Shown here: in pieces, positions 1 through 9,765 of the stretch
Numbering within the stretch: the stretch's first letter is position 1
Layout of the letters: the number at the start of each line of letters is the position of its first letter
Source: Catajapyx aquilonaris
Taxonomy: Eukaryota
Assembly: GCA_000934665.2 (NCBI GenBank)
Contig: JYFJ02001786.1
Span: 50,060 to 70,059 of the forward strand
Direction: 5' to 3'
DNA length: 20,000 nucleotides
Program-made: the position numbers and the translations under genes
The notes under the pieces: model-generated
Told to the model about the DNA's origin: nothing
Seen by the model: only the letters and a program-made list of their open reading frames with translations
Database searches by the model: none

Positions 1-609
1 GGGTCCCAACAAACCGTCGCACATTAGGCAAACATATGGATCTCTTTGGGGGCGCCCCCTACTCATAAAGCCTCATGATTCACTGGCTCCTCCATAATTT
101 TTCATGCTGTCTTTGGCATGGTCAAAAGGTTGCCCCGTAAATGGCCCCTAATAACCAAATTTATATCATCATCAATGGGCCATGGCGGCACCGAGCGGAG
201 GAGTAGCGGCCTTTAATGCACCCTGAAAAGAACCCAGCAGCTGAAACGCTTGCCTTGTCGACCCCCCACATCTACCCATGCCCACATCCACCCCCTGCCC
301 CCTTCTTCCTTTCCATGGACACTAAAAGGCCCTAACATTTATTTAACTAAATTGCTAATACTATTCGCCGAGCTTTGATTTCGTCCCGCACAAGAGGAGG
401 GACGCATCCAGCGAGAAAAGGGGGAAAACCCAGGAAAAAAAGGGGCACCCAATATTTTTTGGAGCCCCAAAATATATGGTGCAAAGGCTTGTTTGAAATG
501 GGAACCGAGCCGCAAACTATGATGGTCGGTTGGGCGTTAACAGCCTATTCTGAGCCGAATTTTAATCAAAATGTATCAAAGTGTTTGACGTGGCTAATGT
601 GTGCAAGTA

Positions 610-1251
610 CAGTGTTGGACATTAATCGCGTCATACTTGCGACATTTTCTGATGCGGAAGACGTGCAAATCGAAGTGATAGAGTGTGAGCCGTGCGAATG
701 AGAAAAGGTAGGCCTTGAGTGACGTCACCGGCTGGGGGCAATGAAGAAAAGGCCTGTGCCATGGTCTTAGAATACTAAAGTCTGGACACTACCTCTTATC
801 GCCTGCCGGGGAGTTATGCATGAGGTGCTCACCTGAGAGCGCCATCACGGAGCAATCATGTGGCGACCCTACCGGACTACGCTGAACTTTATATGTGCAA
901 AAGGGAAGGGCTACATGCGGGCCAAACATGGCCGCCAGCGACCATGTAGGGTCCCCCAATGTAGCGCTTCCCTTTTGTACGTACCTATAAAGTTCAGCGT
1001 AGTCCGGTAGGGTCGCCCCATGATTGCTCCGTGATGGCGCTCTCAGGTGAGCACCTCATGCATAACGCCCCGGCAGGCGATGAGATAAGATTGTAGGGCT
1101 AGTGTCCGGGGGCTGGCTTGTCCCCAACCAGTGACGCCACCCAAGGGCTACTATTTCTTACTCGCACGGCTCGTACTCTATCACTCCGATTTGCAGTCTG
1201 CCGCTTCGGGAAATGTCGCTAGAAGTATGACGGAATTAATGTCCAGCACTG
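610..1251. mobile_element. Palindromic (foldback) non-autonomous Tc1/mariner-type MITE, 642 bp
   Basis: Flanked by TA at 608-609 and 1252-1253. Termini CAGTGTTGGACATTAAT ... ATTAATGTCCAGCACTG are Tc1-like CAGTG ends. The arms are complementary along most of their length, up to the centre ACATGGCCGC-CA-GCGACCATGT (926-947). Confidence 0.85.
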
Positions 1252-3226
1252 TACCAGATGTTCAAAAATTGCATGGAGATGACCTCTCTGGACATTGCCT
1301 CTTTAACCCGCACATTCAAGTGTGCAAATCCATTAGCCAATGGAAACATGCATATATAGATTGTTTCTGCTACGTTTCTATCGGCTAAAGTGCGGCCCTT
1401 TTCTATATCCTAGCCGAGTATTCAACAAAAAGCGAGAAAGGCCACGGTTTATTACTACAGCCTTCAATCAAAATCCGTTGAATACCCTGCATTTCTTTTA
1501 AACTTCTCTCCCTAGATGGCGCTTCCGCTTCATCTCAGTCTCCACTTCAGGAGCCCGCACAATGTCTGCCAAAACAACCAAATCTTCTCGGCCCTTTTCT
1601 TCACGCCACACTCAAACCTATAAAAGAACGTCGCCCCACCCACCACCTTCTCCCAATTCCTTTTCCTCCAAATGATGCTGCCAATCGCTTACAAAGTGCA
1701 CTATTCAAACAAAGAGTCGTTCCAGTCAAGTTGAAAGGCTGGCTTTTGTCGAGGCCCTGCAGTCCCTTTTTTGGAACTCGGGGCAAGCGAAGGAGGAGGA
1801 AGGCTTTTCAAAACCAAGCAGACTTCCAACTCCCCCAGGATTCAGGGAAATGGTATTATGCACTAGAATAACATTGCATTGTTTCGCTCTGCAAGTTCCT
1901 TTTTCACATAGGTTGGGGAGGGAGGGAAAAAGAGAGAGGGGGGGTTGTCTTATATTCTTGCTTTTCTTTCAACGTTTCACTCCGCTCCCAGTGTGGAAGT
2001 CAGCCGCCCCTTTTGTGACTATATGAAAAGAAGCAGCGAAAAGCCTCTCATTCTGGCTATTCAGGACGGTGAGTTTTAAAAATCCAACCCCTACCCAAGT
2101 GGCATTCATGACTTGAAGCAGGGGTGGCAGCAGGGGCGAATGAGTCCGGCAGTTCAATCGAGCCAAACGCGTAATCGAAAATGTTGCTCAAGCCTAAAGG
2201 GGGCTGCTGACATCGAAAGGAACATTGGGTTGGAGGATCACAAATTAACTGCAATGTGGAGGAGTGGTTGGATGCAGAAGAGATGAACAAGGGGGGGTTC
2301 TAGAAAAGAGGGAAAATATGAAGGGACCACTATTTCCTCCCATCCCCAACTTTTCTTCCTCTTCTTTTGATTCCGGTTGGTGGTGGTAGCCGGATGACGT
2401 CGGAAACCATTTTCCAGAGGGTCTTTCATTGGGGTTGCAGCAGTTTCCGAAGGTGGCCCCAACCATTGCAGAAAAGGAGCCCCGGGGGAGTTTCCGCACT
2501 TGGCCCAGGCTCCGGACTGCGACAATTATTCGCGCAAGGACGCATAAATCCTGCGGCTCTCCAGGGTCGACCCTTCCCATAACGCTGTCTTTCCCGGACC
2601 CTAAATGTGGCCGATAACGGAAGCACGTTTTGCTTTCACGTTTTCGATACTAAAGTGGCATTACCAATGACACTGCAACTTTGTCGATCTGGTGAGATGA
2701 CGACATTACGATGGTATGTGCTGAACATATGTGTATAGTCACAGAAGAAAGACATTGGGAAAGGCTTTTCGTCAGATCTTTTGCAGCCGCTAAGCTAAAA
2801 AGGGGTGGAGAAACGGACGGCAGTGAATGTTTCGGTTTGGTTCAATAAGCTGACAGGTGAACCTTGGCCTCTGTGGAGGCTCAGTTGGGGTTCAGGATGG
2901 TTCATGCTTCAGTAGGCTAGCAGGTCTTTTCCAATATGCCGATGGATGTAGAGCACCAGCAAATCCTCACTGAGAAGCTCTGATTCCAGTCGCGTCAGAC
3001 AACGACAGCATGACTCCGAACCAGAGGCAGCCGACTTAGCATGTACCACCCTTTGTCTCTGGTGTTTATGGGTGACTCTTTACTTAATTCCGACAGTCGG
3101 TCACTCCCGACCTCCTTTCCAATTCCGCTGAAAAGCATTATTCTCTCGCCCCATTTCTAAGTGGAGTAAAGACGTCATGGACTGCACCAAAAATGCAGGG
3201 GTTTGCCGGAAATGTCAACGCTTATA

Positions 3227-3408
3227 CAGTATATCAGCCCTGAATTAATGGCACCATGCACAATATATTGCATTGTTGTATGGAGGGTAATTCCACCGTT
3301 CTGACGAAACATATAGAGAAGGTTACTGAGGGTATATTTCAATGCAACGCATGATAATCACATGAATAAAGGTGACTTCGGTGTCAAGTTATTTTGCACT
3401 GATGACTG
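3227..3408. mobile_element. Possible small decayed Tc1-type MITE (~180 bp)
   Basis: TA-CAGTATATCAG...GGCACC at the left aligns with gaps to the reverse complement of the right end (TA-CAGTCATCAG...GACACC). An inner inverted pair TTGCATTG (3268) / CAATGCAA (3340) is present, and TA flanks both sides. Confidence 0.4.
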
Positions 3409-3763
3409 TACAGTGCTGGGGGGGGGGGCTGCCATGTATACCCCTGCAAAATACACCAAGCGAAACCTGACAGATCTGCTTTAGTTAAGGTAAGCCTGGA
3501 TGGAGTTGAAGGGATAAAAGGGTCTTTCTGAAGTGCAGCAAAAAGTAGTTTTCTTCAGCAGGCAGTCTCCGTAAACCAGTGACCTTTGACCTAATTGACC
3601 ATGGGAGAATGCGCACCACGAATGGAAACACCAAATTTCTAGACCTATATACACAGTGAAAGTCATTATTTTAATCACACTGACATAAGACGCTAATAAT
3701 TTCAATAACCTATACAACAACACTATTGAAAAGTTTCTATTGCAAAAACTTCGCTAACTGACA

Positions 3764-5225
3764 CAGGTGCCTGAATTCTCTCGCACTCTTATGCAGCCCA
3801 CTCGACTCAAGTACACTATTTTCGCGTCACCTGTCATGAAAAGACCATGACTATTTCACAAGACATAGCCATCAAAGAAGCAAAATAGTAAGACCCCCCC
3901 CCCTCCATTCTGCCCCTCCCACCTGACTTACCTTTCTCTAATCCATTCCCTTCTCCCCCTCCCCTCACTTTTCTGAGCTCTCCAAATCACTTTTACCTTT
4001 GCTTTTCAGTTCTCCTATACTGTGAGAAGAGTTTATGCTAATAGCAACCGATATTGTATAGCAATATGAGTAATATTGTAATATATACGCATTGCTTGTC
4101 TACTAAAAAGGAGAATATATTTTTATGCAAAAAAACTGCTTCGAGCATACACCGAATCATAATGCAAAGGTCATTTAACTTTTGTCATACTTTCTTTTCT
4201 TTCGTGTGAATCCTTCACATACCAGGCATCCTGTCATCGCGCAGAAGAGTATTCAACATGTTTTACAAATCATGAGACCGTGTCTGCAGGTGTTTTAAGA
4301 CCACCTGCCTTTTCGCTTATTTAAATTACAGCCATGAAAGTGACAGCCACCCCTGATGAATCTTTAATATCTCGCACCCTTCATGACTAATTTAGCATGA
4401 CTAAAAAGAAAACAATCTTCAAGTTGTGCAAAACTCCACCTGTGCTTTCATCATATTATTTGGTCACCTGTACCGTCATGCTTCCTCGCCCTTTTCCATC
4501 CATCAAACGCCATTAAGAAAACCAACCCATCTCTCAGCAGTGTGTAATTTTTAACTGCAAGGTTCTCACAACAACTTTGTAAAGTGCAAGGGTATTCATT
4601 TGACAAGGCAAGCATTGCCTATGCGACCAATGCTGAATGTTTTTTTCAAGTTTTAAATTTCCTGCAAATGTCACTAACTGCATACTAATATACAGTAATA
4701 ATAGCATCATTCGATACCTATTATTCTCACTGGTTGCATACAATGTGCAAGGCTGAGCAGGTTTTATTCTGCTTTATCACCCCCACAATCACGTCTCATT
4801 CTTAAAACACCTGCTGCAAGGTTTCTTCTCATGCACCTGTCTCCACCCCTAAATTGGTCCATTAACAGGGGACATCCACAGACTTATCCCATAAATGGCC
4901 TCGCCCCCTACTGTCGAGCTGAGGAAAAGTATCGGAACAAACCGGCCAGCCCATGTATTTGTTCTTATGCCTTGTATCGACTACGTGTCGGCGACAGCCC
5001 GCTGCAACTACTACACAGCCGTACGTTACGCTCATCTACACGCCACTCACCACAATGCCTTGATGAATAGTCAATCAGACGACAACAGAACAGACAGCTC
5101 CTGTCATTCTCCCAGACAGAGTATTAGGGGACACGCTTTTTGGGCACTCAAAATTCAAACATCCTCTGCCTGCTTCCGGTTTACTAAATTCTAACATTAT
5201 CATCACAGCCCCCGTTTTTCACCTG
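3764..5225. promoter_or_regulatory. Candidate enhancer/silencer: cluster of 10 CAGGTG E-boxes
   Basis: CAGGTG/CACCTG at 3764, 3828, 3920, 4287, 4302, 4437, 4465, 4808, 4834 and 5220; 9 of 10 fit RCAGGTG. Confidence 0.5.
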
Positions 5226-7800
5226 CGGATCATGCAACCCTACACATCTGCATCCCTCCTGTATACACCACCTTCAAAGTCAAGCCCGCTCCCTAATGAT
5301 GATCCATAGAAGGCATTGCTGAGCATCTGACATCTCTTCATCGGATGGAGACACGAATGAATCAGGTTGCCGCAACGGATATCTGTATTTCTCTCCCAAA
5401 GCGAGAAGAGGACAGCCCACGTCTCATTGGAATGGTAAACTGGTCCTGCCCGTACACCAGGATCCGTTTCTCTTCCTCGCTTCCTAGACGGATCCTATTC
5501 AACCAGATAGACGGGGGATATTTATCCTCCACGAACTCCTTCTCGATTCTTCTCTCTATTGAAAACCGCGCGCTCTCAGAGTCCCAGCCCCCGAATCAAT
5601 AGGAGATAAAGAGTTAAACTCCTGCCCGAAATACTGCCCAATGACGCTGCTCTTTTAACAATTGCCCACCCCCCATTTTCCCTCCAACTCTCAATTATTC
5701 TCGACTATCAATACACACCACCCGCGGACTCAAATAAATTGACTGCTTCCATCCCAAAGGGTAACTTTTGCAGAGAGAGGGCCCTGCTGCGGAAGAGCAG
5801 ATGCAAACCTTCCTGCCCCCACCGCCAGCATTCTCTCTTCCTCCGGGGTCAATTCTGCTGACTAACCCTGCTGGTGTCGGTCTTCTTGCCTCGTAAATTA
5901 CGTGTCTCAAATATGTGGACTTGTTTTCTCTACATATTGCAAGGCGGCCGCCACTCGCATGTAAAACCGCAATTACAAAACTTTCAATTAAAACGCCTTT
6001 TCGTGTCAACACCACTACTTTCCAGGTTAGAAGCAAAATATATATGTATACCGGTATGTCCGAACCAGGCGACCGCATTTCTGGCGGTCATCGTTTGTGC
6101 CAAGTTGAATGATGTAACCTGGTGCACAGTGCTAACAATAGCTAGGGGCTAACCTTGTTGACAAGCCCTGTCCCCCCCTCCCCTCTTATGTATATCTGCC
6201 TGCCGATCCTTCCCACCCCAGCTAGTGTAATACAGGCAGCAGGCTTTGTCTGCCCCTGAATGCACCGTCACAGGTGAGTGATCCTGCATATAAAAGACAC
6301 CCCCTCTCCGGAAGGAAGGTGTGTGTGTGGCGGGGGAGGATGATAGAGAGGGGGAGGGATGGTAGGGGGAAGTTGGGTTTAGAGCCAGGGCAGGACACTT
6401 GTCAATCAATATTGGCTTCTGGGTATGACGTGGTTTCCCATGTAGAACGTAAGGTGTGTTAGGACTTTAGTTCCGGAAAGTGTCTCTGCCTGTTTTTTTT
6501 ATTATTTAAATTTCACCCCCACCACCCTCTCTCCCCTCCCTCGGTTGTATGTATCGAACAAGCTGGGTGCACATTCAAGCTGTTCCCGCCACCCAACCAC
6601 CTGCTGTGCCACAGGAGAGCACTCTGTTGCTTCCGATCAGAGACTGCGGCCCATCCTAGTGCCTCGTTCGCCCGCAAGAGGACAGAGCTCCTCGGAATCA
6701 GACAGCCAGTATTCGAGCCCAACATATCTATTCGCACAAGGATGGCATACATGAAATAATATGCAATGGTAAGCACAGAAGAGCCCGGATAAATGGCCAG
6801 ATAATCTTGAAAATTAAATATTGCAGACGTTCCTCGACGCGTACTTCAGTCCCAGTCTACCTGATTTAAAAATATGCGAGATTCAAATGATCTGAGACAC
6901 TAACACATAAATGGTCGCGACAAAATTGTGAATCATTATATTATTACAGGTCAAAACAGTTATCTAAAGGCATGAATGGTGCTGTAAAAGCATATCGACC
7001 GAGAGAATGACTAACAAAATTGTGCTAAATGGCGTTGGTACCAATAAGTGATTCACTCGTAGGGAGTTTTTGAACCTATGACTAATGAGCAACGCTGGAG
7101 CAACGCAATGAGGAATGCACAGGTTTTTCCAAATTTCCCGAGCAATTGCTCGTGGACTTCTTTTCAAAGTTACTTTTTCGTCATTTATTAAAAAAAATTA
7201 TAGTCCAACACAAAATGTCGTTTCTTTTGAGATGTGTCTAATTGGTCAACAATGAATTTGACACCGCGATCTAATGCTCGATCATCTGTATCGACAGAGG
7301 ATGTCAAAATTGATCCCGATCCACATTGACAGAAATTAGGGTGAATGCGGAGGAAGTACGAGTATTATTGTGACTTCTCATTTTCCAAATGTTTAATTTA
7401 TTTCCAAGGCTGTTCTGAAATTCTAAAAATTTTCAACCAAGTATTATATCAGATGATATAGTGCCATAAGAGAGTATGTGGATTATGTTTTGTTTCAAAC
7501 ACTGGGCTAATGCCATTTGAATCACATGAAACCCTTCTTATATGACACGCTCCATTCCAATACCATCCACATTAATCAACAGCCGACGCCATACTCTTAA
7601 ACCCAACCTGTACTCGTGATTTCCCCAACACAATGCAGACAGTGCCCCAATAAATCAAGCGTCCATGAAACACAAAGTGACCCTTACTTTCTACGCCATG
7701 ATGAAGCATGATCAGTGACGCATACCTCGACCAGTTCTGATTCCCGTATTATATGACCACACCCAAGGCTAAGCAGTCCCTCCCATAACCAGCACCCAAA

Positions 7801-7818
7801 TCATCATCATCATCATCA
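7801..7818. repeat. (TCA)6 microsatellite
   Basis: TCATCATCATCATCATCA read directly. Confidence 0.9.
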
Positions 7819-9665
7819 GTCGGAGGCAGCAAGCAAGGGCAAGAGTTTCTGATGCTGATGTCTGGTGTGCCCCAGGCTAGAGTGTCAAAACGCGGAAATC
7901 CATTCCTCAGAGGGGACAAGGCACGTCTGACGCCTTGCCAGTCCAAAGCATTCTGCATCCTCTTGATAACATCCTCCCCTCTCTGTTCCACCACATCCTT
8001 TAGCCCCCCCACCTCCCATCCCTCCCTAAAAAGGAAACTTGCCGCAAAGAGGGATGCGGATACAAAACCCACAATGCCGCGTTTATCACGCCTCATTTTG
8101 GTATTATGGGGCAAGCTGGAGGAGGGGAGAAGCAGCCAGAGGAGGCAGTTATGGGGAGGAGGACCTATATTATCCGGTTACAAATAGAGGCTCAGCTCAC
8201 TCTATGGTCATCTAGACTATACATGGCACTTCTCCAGATGATCGATACATTAAAAAAAAAAAGGATTAAGACTGTAATTAGTCGCTTTTGGCAGTAGCTC
8301 CACAATGGTTTTGGAATGTGGCCGGCGGAATTCCTTCTTCACAAACACATAAGAATCCATGCCCTGCGGTAAATCCTCTCAATATGCCACTATAGATGCA
8401 TAAAAAAACCATACGCAAGAAAAACGCGACTTGGGCATTTTCGGCACAGAGGCTTCAGCAGTGTGGCATTTATCAAACCTTATCCCACGATCCGTTCTCT
8501 TTTCACGCCCGTCAAAACCTGAGAAGAACGACGGCAGAGCGGACAGAATAGGATAAAAATCTAATAGTCCTGTGAGCCCGAACAGATCCCTATTGTAAGG
8601 TCCTGGCTTCATAAGGGCCCCAAAGTCGGAAGGATACACAGCCTGGGGGGGATCAACAGGGCTCTGGGCCCCCCTCCACCCCTATCCTCTTCCTTCTTCA
8701 TTTGTTTTGTGGGAAAACAATGTGCTTCCCTGAGATTGGAACCGACCCAACGTGCCTCGAATTCAGCTTATGAGTGTACACTGCAGAAAAGGGAACACTC
8801 TTCGCTTCTCCTCAAAAAACGACACAGAAAAGAATCCTGCATGTCCCTATTCAGCCATCATATATAGCTGTATTGATATTTTCATTGCACATGTGTCGAA
8901 CTGCTCATATCGTCCCCTAAAAAATTGGTTACAGACAGAACCATAATAGCAGCAGCACTCGTGTATTTGTCACTCATTAGAGCAAGCTGCACAACAGCGA
9001 GGTGAAATGACCCGAGGTCGGCGCAAAATCCAATCGGCATAAACATGCTTAACTTTTGTTGTCGGGGAGTCCCCCCTGTGGGTCCCCAAGCAATTGAAAT
9101 CCGCAAATGGGGTGGGCCACAAAGGGCACGGCGGGAGTGTGATGGAGGGCGGGGGGGCCTTCTGGAATCGACTGGAAACAATGTGGCCTTTCCCCAAAAT
9201 CGCCTGCTTAATAACCAGAGTCCAACCCCCCACCATACCACACCACACGCCCCCTCTGGGTCCTGCAGCAGCCTCCAGCACATACACACTCGCCCTAAGG
9301 GCCAGCTGGGCTTGACACCCTAAGCCCACAGCCCTTCGCTAATTCCCCACCCACCCCATCGCAAATTATGTGTGCAAAAGGCGACTACTGCTTTTAAGCC
9401 AGAAGTGGTCTTAAAGGATCGATTGGACTCACTCGAGGGGGTCAGAAAATTTGTTCCGCCCTCTCACCCTCCATCGGTCGAGGCTTATACAATATTATGC
9501 ACGTTACAAAATGATACACTAATTTGCTATCATTTGAGTATGCTACTCATTCACTTTCAAGTCATAACAAGTCCTAACTACAATGTCAGTAAATTATTAA
9601 TTAGGCATTAGGTCACTACTCACTATACGACAGTTTTAATCTCCTACTAAATAATAAAAATAAAA

Positions 9666-9765
9666 GAATGACATGAATACATACACACAAACATACAAAC
9701 ACTCGCACAATGTACACATATAAACATACAAAAAATTCATATAAAATATATACAAAAACAATGTA
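9666..9765. repeat. Low-complexity AC/AT-rich tract (decayed microsatellite)
   Basis: Degenerate ACATAC/ACAC/ATAT units with almost no G on the plus strand. Confidence 0.6.

Noticed and set aside
553..1388. Weak inverted similarity flanking the foldback MITE (TGGCTAATG/CATTAGCCA, AGCCGA/TCGGCT), suggesting an older host element
   Set aside because: Only short patches with many gaps; indistinguishable from chance without an alignment.
7139..7152. 14-bp perfect palindrome CGAGCAATTGCTCG
   Set aside because: About one palindrome of this length is expected by chance in 20 kb, and there is no supporting context.
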